Shown here: positions 10,220 through 21,370 of the stretch, one piece after another
Numbering within the stretch: position 1 is the stretch's first letter
Layout: the number at the start of each line of letters is the position of its first letter
NCBI GenBank assembly: GCA_963555755.3
Contig: OY820905.2
Coordinates: 4,352,001 to 4,416,000 of the forward strand
Direction: 5' to 3'
DNA length: 64,000 nucleotides
Source of the DNA: Nitrospirales bacterium
Lineage (GTDB): Bacteria; Nitrospirota; Nitrospiria; Nitrospirales; UBA8639
Program-made: the position numbers and the translations under genes
Notes under the pieces: generated by a model
What the model was told of the DNA's origin: nothing
Seen by the model: only the letters and a program-made list of their open reading frames with translations
Database searches by the model: none

Positions 10220-10720
10220 AAAAGGGGTCAGAAAAGGGGTCAAAAAGAAACAGGAAAAAGGGGTCAAAAAGGGGTCAAATCTTTGGTTGACTAAATAGTG
10301 TCTGAGAGAAAACGCAATCTCTAAGCCAGACGTGGAGTTTCGCAAAAGTATGCTGGTGAATCTTTTGCCTACTTGGGGAACAACCCCTGAAAACAGCGTG
10401 TTTTTCGTGTAGAATGCCGCAACATTCACCCCATCATCTGGAGGATCGAGGCAATGCGGCAACGCTTTGAACGGCAGTTGGAGTTAGGCCAGACCCCGAT
10501 TGAGGAAGTCTTCATTCCCTCCAAGAGTCGGGATGAACTACCGCCGGTGTTACGCGATAAGGGATAAGGGGTCGAATCTTTGGTTGACTAAATAACAAAG
10601 TTGCAAACTCTGCTTTGACCAGAGAAGGTCCGGGAAATCCCCACATTGAGCAACAAGCAGTTGCGGAGGGATGGCTGAGGGTATAAACCGAAACTCTTAA
10701 CCAAAGATTTGACCCCTTTT
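10220..10720. repeat. REP-like AAGGGGTCAAATCTTTGGTT repeats (direct at ~10269 and ~10566, inverted at ~10699-10718) with stuttered GGGGTC ends
   Basis: Read directly from the sequence. Confidence 0.75.
10299..10556 (+). mobile_element. ISNCY-like transposase 5' remnant
   Basis: MRQRFERQLELGQTPIEEVFIPSKSRDELPPVL from 10454, truncated. Confidence 0.65.
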
Positions 10721-10721
10721 C

Positions 10722-11067
10722 AATCCTCAACGTGGGCGTTGCTACGCCTGGGGTTTTGCTCCCTCAGATCGACTCAATCTGACCCAAATCTGGGCGCGAA
10801 TTCTGGGAAGGTATTGTTTCGCGAGCCCTCAGATCCCGCCTTCCAGAAATGCCTCGAACTCGTCTTTGACAAACTGAGGCAGCCCCGACCCCGTTTCCTG
10901 TTCGACTTGGGCCAAGAAGGTGTCGACGTGATCTTGGATCACCTGGTAGAGCGTGGTTTCTTCGGGACGGCGGCGTTCGTAGGGAGCCGGGGTGTCATCG
11001 GCTGGAGCCGGGCTCGCGGTCTTGGGGCTCGCGCCACCGCGCGTTGACGGAATCGCTGTCCCAAGGG
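10722..11067 (-). pseudogene. Duplicate of the IS91 transposase 5' segment plus half a MITE
   Basis: Near-identical to 20412-20757. Confidence 0.9.
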
Positions 11068-14000
11068 CAATGGCATTCGTTTAAGAAACTGGGTGCATTC
11101 GTTTAAGGAATTGGCCTCATTCGTTTAAGACACGGGTTCCATTCCCTTAAAGGGCTCTCAGATAGGGGCCATCGACGCTGTGGGTTTCCTTGGCTGTCTG
11201 TTCTTTTTGGGGCTTGTCAAGTTAACTGTGTAACTGAATTGTGGGCTAGATTGTTGGCACTCGATCTCCTAAGAACATGGCGAATTGGTTGAGAGCCCGC
11301 TTCCAGTGCGGAATGGGCATCGTCCATTGCTTCGCAATCCGCTGCATCCCTAAATACCGCACCTTCAGAATTGATTCATCTGTCGGAAAGGCTCCCCGAC
11401 TTTTCAGGACTTTGCGTAACGAAAAATTCACCGATTCGATCGCATTGGTGGTATAGAGGGCTTTCCTGATTTCTGGGGGATAATCAAAAAAGATCGTGAG
11501 CCGACTCCAATGCCGTCGCCACGTCGCACTGCTCGTCGGATATTTCGCATCCCCCGTCGGGGCAAATCGCTCGAATGCGGCTTCCGCCTCCGACAACGTC
11601 GCGGCGCCATAGAGGGCCGCAGATCCCGCGCCACGGCTCGTCGCGCTTTCCACACCACATACCGCAAGGATTGCCGTACCTTATGCACAATGCACAGTTG
11701 CACCTGGGTGTGTGGGAACACCGTCTCCAAGGCTTCTGGCAAGCCCTCAAGCCCCTCAACGCAAGCCACAAACCAATCCCGGACCCCGCGCTGCTGGAGT
11801 TCGGTGAAGATCGACAGCCAGAACTTGGCCCCTTCGGTCTCACTGATCCAGAGCCCCAGGAGTTCTTTCTCGCCCTGTAGATTCACCCCTAAGGCCACAT
11901 ACACGGCTTTATTCTTGACGACGCCCTCCTGCCGAGACTGCACACACAGACAATCGAAGGACAGAATCGGATACACGGCATCTAAGGGCCGACTCTGCCA
12001 GATGCGCACATCCTCCCACACCGCATCAGTGATGGCCGAAATAAGCGTGGGCGACACCTCCACGTCATAGAGTTCTTCCAGATGCCCTTGAATGTCGCGA
12101 GTCGTCAGCCCTCGGGCATACAACGCCAGGACCTTCTCATCAAACCCTTCCACGCGCCGGTGGCGTGTGGGCACCAACAGCGGCTCAAAGCGGCCTTGAC
12201 GATCACGGGGCACCTGGAGCGGGAGATCCCCGTGGGCCGTCTGCACCGTGTTCGACGGGCTCCCATTGCGGGCATTGCCGGATCCACGGCCCTCAGGGGC
12301 ATGAGGGGCATAGCCCCAATGCTCGGTCAGTTCTGCCCGCAGGGCGCGTTCTACGAGCCGTTTCGTGAGACGCTTCACCAGCCCATGTGTGCCGAATATG
12401 TCTTCGGGTGACGCACACCCTTCCCATAGCTCATCTAACAGCACATCGGTTTTGCTTGGGGTCTTGGCTCTGGTCATCAGTCCTCCTTATTCAATGGATC
12501 CGTCATGATAACCAGTTACACAGTTTATCTTACAGGCCCGCTTTTTGGGTGGACGCCACTTGGACTCCGGCTTCATGGATGTTCGAGGATCGGATCGGCC
12601 CGGCCTGACCTTTTGGTAGTGACCCACGATGGACTCGAAGGCGCGGTGGACTGCGGTCTGCATCCGGCTATGGAGCAAGAGCAGGTCTTCGAGGCTCCTT
12701 GCACACACGTGCATGCAATGTGTGAAGTTGGTCTTGAGTGTTCGTATCGCCCTGGTGCCGGCTCCAGACATGGACGATCCGGAAGGGGGCATGGGCGCAG
12801 CTGAGGGGGGCTCTGGATTGAGCGCGCGGTCCGCCCGATTGGCGAACAGGCGGTTCATGGTGCTCAGGACAAAATGCGCGAAGAGCTCTTGCTTGACGCC
12901 GCGCTCGGTTCTGGCGTGAAAGTCCTCGATGGTGAAGATGCGCGTGCTGACCTTGGAGCGTTCCTCGATCCCCCAGCGGGCATGGTAGAGATCCATGAAC
13001 TCGTGCAGCGGATACCGCTGCTGAGGTGCGACCAAGGTGGTGCCCAAGCAAAATAGGTTGCCGGCCATGTCATATTTGATGAGTCGCAGGGTCAATGGGA
13101 TGATGGCGAGAGAGGGAGAGGCTGTCCGGATGTCTCGTTGCGTGCGGGTGGCGGGAGAGATGGTGACCGTGAGGTCGGTCTCCGGGCTGGCAACACACTC
13201 TTGCATCTCCTTGAAGCCGCTGTCTTGGAGACGAAAAATCGCATGGATGCCGGTGTGGCAATGCTGAGGGAGCAGGACAGAGGAGAAATAGCCTCGGTCG
13301 TACACCACGACGTCGTTGGGTGCCAGCACGGTCAGGTGCTGCAGGGCGCACTGTCGCTCGTGGCCCTGCGCGACGAGATCGAAATCCCAGGGCAATTGTG
13401 ATGTGAGGTGGTAGCGGCAGCGCAGCAACCCTTGCGGATAGTGCGCGTTGTCGGAGGGCAGGGGGTAGCCGCACGCCCGCAACTCGCGGGGCAGGGTGAT
13501 TGTTGACCCATCGACGGCAAACAGCCGATGGCCCAACCAGGTGTCGCTGGCGGCCTCAGGCGCATACGCCTCCAGGATTTTCCGATTGACGCACGTGAAC
13601 ATGCCTTCGTCCAGTTTGCGGCGTGCCACACAACACGACGCCGGCGCGATGCTGTGGGGTTGCGGGAAGGCCAGCTCCAATGTGTCGCACCTGTCCCACA
13701 GGTCATCGATGGTGGTGCCGTAACTTTGGGAGTGTTGGGACGACACTCAGCGAAAGATCAAGAGCATCAGGATCAGCGAATCGATCACGCGTTTCCGGAC
13801 GCGCCACTGTTCATCATACTGGGCCGCTACCTCGTGGAAGATAGGGACCACCTGTTTCCACAATGCGACAAACGCCTCCCCGACGGATCGTGTGTGACTC
13901 GCTCGCACGTCGTGGCGATAGCGTGTCTTCACCTCGACGGCCTGATGGCCTTCGGTCAGGCACGCTTGCCAGTCGGCTTGCAGTGGATACAGCAAAATCT

Positions 14001-14927
14001 CTTTTTTCGTGGGCGGCCGGTCCTGAGTCAAGCCCCACCGCCCGCGCCCTTCGGTGTGGCCCACGAAGTGCCAATTGGCCGCCCGATAACAGGTCCCGGC
14101 GAACCGGGAGGGATCGACGAACGTCTCAATCAGCACCGGGCGATAGCCGTAGACCTCGACCCAGTCGTCCCCGATCTGCTTGGTGGCCAGCGCGAGCACG
14201 TGGCTGGCGAGATTCGGAACAGCAATCCACGGAAAGATCAGAAACCGATCGTGGCGCAACACCAACGGGAGGAGCTTCCTCCGATGCGTCGTGTCCCAGC
14301 CGATCCAGTGATCGCGCGGCGCCAACGCCCAGGCCGCCGAGGCCGAAAACAGCAGACAGCCGAGCGGGTGCTGCCGGACTGCCGAGACCACCAGAGAGGC
14401 TTTCCAGCAGGCGCGCTCTTCCTTTGAGGTCACCCGGTGCAGGGTGATGGGGGCCAGGGCGGCGAGAATGTCGGTGAGCGGTGCGGTGGCCGGCGGCTCT
14501 TTGAACGCCGGGATGGGATGCCTCGGCGCCCGCTTGTTGCGGGTGGCCGGTAGCGTCACGACCCCGTGCGCTTCCAGCTCGCTCAGCAAGGTCAAACAGG
14601 AATTCACCTTGTTGTGGCCAGTGGGCGTGGTCCACTCGAGATGGTCACAGACGGTGAGGGCCAATTCCTTCCGGCTCAGGTGGGGGAACAGCTGGACGGT
14701 TTCTTGCACCTGCGCCAACTGCTTGCGGGTGAACCGTCGCCCGCTAAAGGTGGTCTTGGGTAAGGTGTCCACAGTCTTCATCGAGGATAGTCTCTCAGAA
14801 GACGGCAAAGAAGTTAAGCGAAAAAGGACACCAAGGCGACTTCGGTTCAGAAGTCCTGATCAATCAACCAGTTCCGTTGATGACAGAGAAGGCGGATGTT
14901 TCGTTAGAACGAAAGTGAATGCCATTG
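11068..14927 (-). mobile_element. Degenerate DUF4338-IS4 element, copy 3 (diverged; internal stop and deletion; interrupted by IS256)
   Basis: Both IRs present; ORF pieces 13747-14808 and 12487-13746 are homologous to copy 1; flanks do not form a TSD. Confidence 0.9.
11210..12539 (-). mobile_element. IS256-family element with frameshifted transposase (12477-11246)
   Basis: IR GGGC(T/C)TGT..ACTGTGTAACTG; 8-bp TSD TCTTTTTG/GCTTTTTG; VPRDRQGRFEP, QLCIVH and YTTNAIES motifs. Confidence 0.92.
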
Positions 14928-15154
14928 CCCATCGGGCCCCTCCCCCGCGGCCTGGAGCCGCTGAACCTAACCGTGCCCGCTCACCCCCGAAGGACTTGCC
15001 CCGTCGAGGGCGCTCATGGCCTGATGGAGTGGACTCGCCCATGTCTCCCTTTTCCCCCTTTGGTGCCCCCTGGGGCGAGGCCCCCGCCCTGTCGGTTACC
15101 CCGGCCTGGGAGGGGGGCTCCTACTGGCAGGCCTTTGGGGGAGGCGGACCCTGG

Positions 15155-15874
15155 TTATTGTGGCATCGGAAGGCCACACGCATCGTTTCTATAGAAAGGG
15201 AAGGTCCCGCCCACCGTAAAAGCATCATGCTCCAACAGGCAGAGTTCGGCGGTGGGTAGATCTAACTGCATGCTAAGATCGAATCGACCTTCAGCAGTGG
15301 TCCCAAACACGGTGCAATTTCCAAATTCTCCAAATTTTCTGGCACCCGTGAAGAAATTGTTACCTACATCCTGCACACAAGCTGCCGTCGACTGGAACTC
15401 GATGTCCCCATCCTCATCGTCGTCAAATTTGTCCAGGCAACGGTCGAGAGTCCCGCAATCCGCTGGGGTATTCGTGAGCCACAAGTCGGCCAAGGTACTG
15501 CCTTCCGGCCACCCTTCCGGTTGCGTGCCATTCCAACACGGACACTCACTGTCCGAGACAAGGCAGGGCATCGGCGGATCGCCTTCCTGCATTTTCTTGT
15601 TGTAGTTTCGTAACAGGCGGTCGCCCGAACGGCCGCAGGCGGCGGGGTCCTCGAGACAGTCGGTTTCCCAATCCTGGGCTTCGCAGAAGGCAATGCATAA
15701 CCCGTAGAGCCCCTTGGTGTATCCATCTTTCAGTTCGTCGCACACGGACTTCTGGGCGGGCGTCTCGCCGTCTGGCGTTTGGGCGTGAGCGTGGCTGACC
15801 GCGCCACTCCCCACCCAGGCGATCAACACAAAAAAAGGCACACTCCACATCGTGCAGTATTGTCGTCGAGTCAT
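15155..15874 (-). CDS. Secreted cysteine-rich hypothetical protein
   Basis: AGGAGA RBS, signal peptide ending AHAQ, TPDGETPA..VCD..GLYGLCIAFCEAQD. Confidence 0.7.
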   Translation of the reverse strand: MTRRQYCTMWSVPFFVLIAWVGSGAVSHAHAQTPDGETPAQKSVCDELKDGYTKGLYGLCIAFCEAQDWETDCLEDPAACGRSGDRLLRNYNKKMQEGDPPMPCLVSDSECPCWNGTQPEGWPEGSTLADLWLTNTPADCGTLDRCLDKFDDDEDGDIEFQSTAACVQDVGNNFFTGARKFGEFGNCTVFGTTAEGRFDLSMQLDLPTAELCLLEHDAFTVGGTFPFYRNDACGLPMPQ

Positions 15875-15946
15875 GATCATTCTCCTTTCGGTTTTGAAGG
15901 TCTTCATCATCTTCCTGACTTCGAGGGTGGGGAGCTCCCATCGGGC

Positions 15947-18524
15947 CAATGGCATTCGTTTAAGGAATGGGCGGCATTCGTTTAAGGATTTGGCTCATTC
16001 GTTTAAGAAACGGATTCCATGTGCTTAAGGGACTTTCAGATAGAGGCCATCGACCCTGTGGGGTTCTTGGACTGGCTGTTCTTTTTGGGTGGATGCCACG
16101 TGGACTCCGGTTTCATGGATGTTCGAGGATAGGATCGGCCCGGCCTCACCCGTTGGTAGTGACTCACAATGGACTCGAAGGCCCGTTGGACGGCGGTCTG
16201 CATCCGAGCATGGAGCACGAGCAGATCTTCGAAGCTTCGCGCAAACACGTGAAGGCAATGTTTGAAGTTGGTCTTGAATGTCCGCCTCGCCCCGGTGCCG
16301 GTTCCAACTATGGACGATCCGGGAGGGGCCATGGGCTCAGCTGCGGGGGCTTCGGGATTGAGTGCGTGGTCCGCCCGATTGGCGAACAGCCGGTTCATGG
16401 TGATCAGGACGAAATGCGCGAAGAGCTCTTGTTTGACGCCGCGCTCGGTTTTGGCATGAAACTCCTCGATGAGGAACAGGCGCTTGCTCACCTTGTAGAG
16501 TTCCTCGATGCCCCAACGGGCATGGTAGAGATCCATGAACTCCTGGAGCGGATACCGCTGCTGGGGGCCGACCAGGGTGGTGCCCAAGCAAAATCGGCTG
16601 CCGGCCATCTCATATTTCAGAAGCCGCAGGCTCAACGGGATGATGGCGAGATCAGGATAGACCGCCCGGATGTCTCGTTGCGTGCGTGCGGCGGGGAAGA
16701 GGGTGACCGTGGTGTCGGTGTCCGGGCCGGCAAAAAACTCTTGAATCTCCTTGAACCCGCTGTCTTGGAGACGAAACACGGCGTGGATCCCGGCGGTCCA
16801 GTGCTGATGCAGCAGGACGTAGGAGAAATAGCCTCGATCGTACACCACGACATCGTTGGGCTTCAGCACAGCCAGGTGCCGCAGGGCGCACCGTCGCTCG
16901 TTGCCATGCGCGACGAGGTCGAAATCCCAGGGCACTTGCGACGTGAGGTGGTAGAGGCAACTCAGCAACCCTTGAGGATAGTGTGCATTGTCAGAGGGCA
17001 AGGGGTAGCCACACGCCCGCAACGCGCGGGGCAGTGTAAGCTTGGAGCCATCGACGGCAAACACCCGATGGCCCAACCAGGTGTCGTTGGAGTCGTGTGG
17101 GGCATAGGCGTCCAGAATGTTCCGGTTGACGGACTGGAAAATGGCTTCGTCCAGTTTGCGACGTGCGACACAAAAGGACGCCGGCGCGATGCTGTGGGGT
17201 TGCGGGAGCGCGAGCGCCAGGTTGTCGCAACTGTCCCACAAGTCATCAATGGTGGTGCCGTAACTTTGGGAGTTGGTTGACGACACCAACCGAAAGATCA
17301 ACAGCATCAGGATCAGGGAATCGATCACCCGTTTCCGGACGCGCCACTGGTCATCGTACTGGGCCGCCACGTCGTGGAGGATGTGGACCACCTGTTTCCA
17401 CCAGGCGACAAACCCTTCCCCGACGGACCGTGTGCGACTGGCTCGCACGTCGTTGCGATAGCGTGTCTTCACCGTGACGGCTCGATGCCCGGCAGTCAGG
17501 CACGCGCGCCAGTCGGGTTGGAGCGGATAGAGAAAAATCTCTTTTGTCGTGGGTGGACGGTCCGACGTTGAGCCAAACCGCCCGCGCCCCTCGGTGTAGC
17601 CCACGAAGTGCCAATTGGCCGCTCGATAACAGGTCCCGGCAAACCGGGAGGGATCGATGAACGTTTCAATCAGCACCGGGCGATAACCGTAGACTTCAAC
17701 CCAGTCGTCCCCGATCTGCTTGGTGGCCCGCGCCAGCACATGGCTGGCGAGATTCGGCACGTCAATCCACGGAAAGATCAAAAACCGATCATTGCGCAAC
17801 ACCAATGGCAGGAGCTTCCTCCGGTGCGTCACGTCCCAGCCAATCCAGTGATCTCTGGGGGCCAGCGCCCAGGCGGCCGAGGCCGAAAACAGCAGACAGC
17901 CCAGCGGGTACGGCTGGGCGGCCGATCTCACCAGATAGCCCAGCTGGGCCCCGATCGGGTGTTTATAGCCCAAATAATGATAGGTCTGCAGGTAGGCTTT
18001 CCAGCTCTCGCGTTCCTCTTTCGAGACCACCCGGTGCAGGGTAATTGGGGCCACGGCGGCGAGGGTGTCGGTGAGTGGCTCGGTGGGGGGCGGCTCGTGA
18101 AACGCAGGGATGGGGTGTCCCGGCGCGCGCTTGTGGCGCGTGGCCGGCAGAGTCACGATCCCGTGCGCTTCCAGCTCGGTCAGCAAGGTCAAACAGGAAT
18201 GAATCTTGTTGTGGCCCGTCGGCGTGGTCCAGCTGAGATGCTCACAGACGGTGAGGGCCAATTCCTTCCGACTCAGGTGGGGGAACAGCTGGACGGTTTC
18301 TTGGACCTGCGCCAACTGCTTGCGGGTGAACCGCCGCCCGCTAAAGGTCGTCTTGGGTAAGGTGTCCACAGTCTTCATCGAGGATAGTCTCTCAGAAGAC
18401 GGAAAAGAAGTCAAGCGAAAAAGGACACCAGGGCGACTTCGGTTCAGAAGCCCTGATCAATCAACCAGTTCCGCTGATAACAGAGAAGGCAGATTGTTCG
18501 TTCGAACCAAACCGAATGCCATTG
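15947..18524 (-). mobile_element. IS4-family DUF4338-transposase element, copy 2 (2578 bp)
   Basis: 10-bp TSD CCCATCGGGC at 15937-15946 and 18525-18534; same length as copy 1. Confidence 0.95.
16036..18414 (-). CDS. DUF4338-IS4 transposase fusion
   Basis: Protein identical to 7127-9505. Confidence 0.9.
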   Translation of the reverse strand: MTSFPSSERLSSMKTVDTLPKTTFSGRRFTRKQLAQVQETVQLFPHLSRKELALTVCEHLSWTTPTGHNKIHSCLTLLTELEAHGIVTLPATRHKRAPGHPIPAFHEPPPTEPLTDTLAAVAPITLHRVVSKEERESWKAYLQTYHYLGYKHPIGAQLGYLVRSAAQPYPLGCLLFSASAAWALAPRDHWIGWDVTHRRKLLPLVLRNDRFLIFPWIDVPNLASHVLARATKQIGDDWVEVYGYRPVLIETFIDPSRFAGTCYRAANWHFVGYTEGRGRFGSTSDRPPTTKEIFLYPLQPDWRACLTAGHRAVTVKTRYRNDVRASRTRSVGEGFVAWWKQVVHILHDVAAQYDDQWRVRKRVIDSLILMLLIFRLVSSTNSQSYGTTIDDLWDSCDNLALALPQPHSIAPASFCVARRKLDEAIFQSVNRNILDAYAPHDSNDTWLGHRVFAVDGSKLTLPRALRACGYPLPSDNAHYPQGLLSCLYHLTSQVPWDFDLVAHGNERRCALRHLAVLKPNDVVVYDRGYFSYVLLHQHWTAGIHAVFRLQDSGFKEIQEFFAGPDTDTTVTLFPAARTQRDIRAVYPDLAIIPLSLRLLKYEMAGSRFCLGTTLVGPQQRYPLQEFMDLYHARWGIEELYKVSKRLFLIEEFHAKTERGVKQELFAHFVLITMNRLFANRADHALNPEAPAAEPMAPPGSSIVGTGTGARRTFKTNFKHCLHVFARSFEDLLVLHARMQTAVQRAFESIVSHYQRVRPGRSYPRTSMKPESTWHPPKKNSQSKNPTGSMASI

Positions 18525-18729
18525 CCCATCGGGCCCCTCCCCCGCGGCCTGGAGCCGCTGAACCTAACCGTGCCCGCTCACCCCCGAAGGGCTGGGCCCT
18601 TCGAGGGCGTTCATGGCCTGGTGGAGTGGATTCGTCCATCTTTCCCTTTTCGCCCCTGCGGTTCCCCCTGCGGCGATGCCTATCGTGAGAACAAGGTTTC
18701 ATTGTCCCATGGAATGACAACGAGGACTA

Positions 18730-18802
18730 TCAGCTAAACCCCCAAATGTTCGTCAGCTAAACCCCCAAATGTTCGTCAGCTAAACCCCCAAATGTTCGTC
18801 AG
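18730..18802. repeat. 3 x 23-bp tandem repeat TCAGCTAAACCCCCAAATGTTCG
   Basis: Exact copies with period 23. Confidence 0.95.
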
Positions 18803-18807
18803 ATTTT

Positions 18808-20767
18808 GGGAATAGGAAATTCAAAAGGCCTTTTTGAGAGAATAGCAAAGTACCAAAGACCTCGTTGAGGATTCAATCCCCAGCTTCGCTGTCCGACATG
18901 CGAGCGTTCATCCTGCGAGGAGGGTCTGACCAGCACATTTTTCTTGGATCGGGCCAGGATGTCGCTCCATTGTGGCGCGTGGGCATGGGAACTGGGCAAA
19001 GGGGGAGTGTCGGTTCGGGTACCGAACCGGAATCCGGGGAGGGATTAGGCTGTTTGCATGAATGCGTCGAGGCGGGCTGGGGCTCGTGGTGGGGCGCGGC
19101 GGGGTAGGCCCAGGTGGCCCAGAATCTTGATGATCACCGCGGGATCCTCGATGCCTGTCCTGAGCCAGCCGAAGGGGCCGCGAGGATGGTCAATGGCCCG
19201 CCGCATTGTGGACAGGTGGTGAGGTCGATGGCGAAGACGCGTTTGAGTCATTGGGCCCAACTCAGGCGGGCTCGTGTGGAAGGAGCGAGGGCATCGCCCT
19301 CCTCATTGGCGGTGTTCGGCGCCGGGTCGGCCTCGCCGGGCACGATCTGGGACCGCAGCGCCGCGTTGGGTGCCAGCACGCCATGGAAACGAATGAGATG
19401 GAGCCGAGGACGTGGGACGAGGGTGGCCAGGCGTTGCAGGAATTCCAGCGGGGTCATCACCAGATGGGTGGTGCCATCGCGGTACGGGGTTTTGAGTTGG
19501 AGGACGACCTCGCCGGCTGGTGTACGGCGCAGGCGTTTATGGCCCAGGGCCGGACGGGTGATGTCGCGACAGCGCTGTTCGAGTTTTTGTCGCTGATGGG
19601 GACCACACCATGTGTCCGCATGCAGACTGAACCCTTGCGCACTGACACACCCCTGGGATTGCGGCATGTCTGGGCTCGCGAGGCGCAACGACGGATCTTT
19701 CCACGTCAGCACTTTTTGGCCGGCTCGGGGGCCAAGGGCAATGCGGTAGGTGCAGGCGGCCGCATGCAGCGGCGCCAAGGCGGGATCGGCATCGGGGTCG
19801 GTCAGATACGGAATCTCGGTGTCTTCCTCCGTGAGCGCACCGTGGCGCGTTAAGGCCTTCAGCAGCCGGGTGATGATCCGCGTGAGGACGGTCTGCAGTT
19901 GGTCAGCGGTAGGGGACGGCACGGGCTGACAGATCGGCCCCCCGTCGGTGAGGCGATAGACGCCATCGAGCATCAGGCAATGCAGATGAATATTGAGATT
20001 GGCGGCGGAGCCAAAGCGTTGGATGCGGTTTGCGCCTGGGCATGGGTCAAGCCGGCTTGGTGGATCACGAAGGTCGAGAGGGCGCGGTGAATGACTTGCA
20101 ACACTGGGGAAAGAAGCTGCGGCTGGGTTGCGAACAGATGCCGCAAGGGGATAGGACACGAGACCAGCCATTGGCGCACGGGCACGTGAGGGATCACCTG
20201 CTCCACCAGATGGGCGGCAGTCTCGGCCATGCGTCTGGCGCCACAGGCCGGGCAAAACCCGCGGCGTTTACAGGAGAAGGCCACCAGCTTCTCATGGGCG
20301 CAGTCCCCACATCGCAGGCGCAGAAACCCGTGCGCTCAGGGCTCGCGAAACAATACCTTCCCATTTTCGCATCCCAGCTTCAGGCCATCTTGAGCCGATC
20401 TTCACTCGCAAAATCCTCAACGTGGGCGTTGCTACGCCTGCGGTTTTGCTCCCTCAGATCGACTCAATCTGACCCAAATCTGGGCGCGAATTCTGGGAAG
20501 GTATTGTTTCGCGAGCCCTCAGATGCTGCCTTCCAGAAATGCCTCGAACTCGTCTTTGACAAACTGAGGCAGCCCCGACCCCGTTTCCTGTTCGACTTGG
20601 GCCAAGAAGGTGTCGACGTGATCTTGGATCACCTGGTAGAGCGTGGTCTCTTCGGGACGGCGGCGTTCGTAGGGAGCCGGGGTGTCATCGGCTGGAGCCG
20701 GGCTCGTGGTCTTGGGGCTCGCGCCACCGCGCGTTGACGGAATCGCTGTTCCCAGGGCCGCCAGCAT
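18808..20767 (-). mobile_element. IS91/ISCR-like rolling-circle element; transposase pseudogene
   Basis: YERRRPE, FSCKRRGFCPACGARRM, QRFGSAANLNIHLHCL (HUH) and PRPRLHLIRFHGVLAPN motifs; oriIS-like GGCCTTTTGAATTTCCTATTCCC at 18830-18808; frameshifts and a MITE insertion. Confidence 0.9.
20339..20518. mobile_element. 180-bp MITE inside the IS91 transposase
   Basis: IR GGGCTCGCGAAACAATACCTTCCCA; TSD TCA. Confidence 0.85.
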
Positions 20768-20785
20768 CGTTCGGGCGCCGTGGGC

Positions 20786-21361
20786 TTAGGTGGGATAGGT
20801 GCGTATCACCGCGATGACCACGGCGGCAATGCGCAGGTGCTGCTTCGGGACAATCGTCGGGAAGTGTGGGTTCGCGGGTTCCAGTAAGACGCGCCGCCCC
20901 CGCTTGCGGAACACTTTCATCGTCCACTCGCCATCGACCTCGGCAATCACGATGTCCCCCGTCTTGGCCTCCTTCCGGCGCTCCACCAGGACGGCATCCC
21001 CTGGGAGAATTCCGGCGTCGATCATGGACTCACCTTGAACCCGAAGTAGGTAGGTGGCCTGCGGGTTGCGGATGAGGTGTGTCTCCAGATTGATGGTGTC
21101 GAGGTGGACCTCTTCCGCCGGCGCGGGGATGCCCGCCTCCACGGTGCCCAACAGGCGAATCTCGGAAAAGTATCGACTGGGCAGGAGCCGCCCGGCGTCG
21201 TCCTGTTGGATCAGGTGGGCGGCGAGGAGCTTCTTAACCAGCTTGGCGGCGGCATTGGTGGAGCGAAACCCGGCCATCCGCATGATTTCCCGGTAGGTAG
21301 GCATGCGCCGGTGCGTGCGGTAGAAGGCGACAATGGCAGGGAAATGGGAGTGGGGTTCCAT
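20786..21361 (-). CDS. lexA: LexA-family repressor (winged HTH plus S24 peptidase)
   Basis: MPTYREI..GFRS HTH, VEAG cleavage site, GESM (Ser) and WTMK (Lys). Confidence 0.88.
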   Translation of the reverse strand: MEPHSHFPAIVAFYRTHRRMPTYREIMRMAGFRSTNAAAKLVKKLLAAHLIQQDDAGRLLPSRYFSEIRLLGTVEAGIPAPAEEVHLDTINLETHLIRNPQATYLLRVQGESMIDAGILPGDAVLVERRKEAKTGDIVIAEVDGEWTMKVFRKRGRRVLLEPANPHFPTIVPKQHLRIAAVVIAVIRTYPT

Positions 21362-21370
21362 GAGGGGGCA

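Noticed and set aside
7127..18414. Complete Druantia defence system
   Set aside because: Only the DruA-like domain is present, inside IS ends; no DruE helicase or other partners.
18730..18802. Mini-CRISPR
   Set aside because: Head-to-tail 23-mers without spacers.
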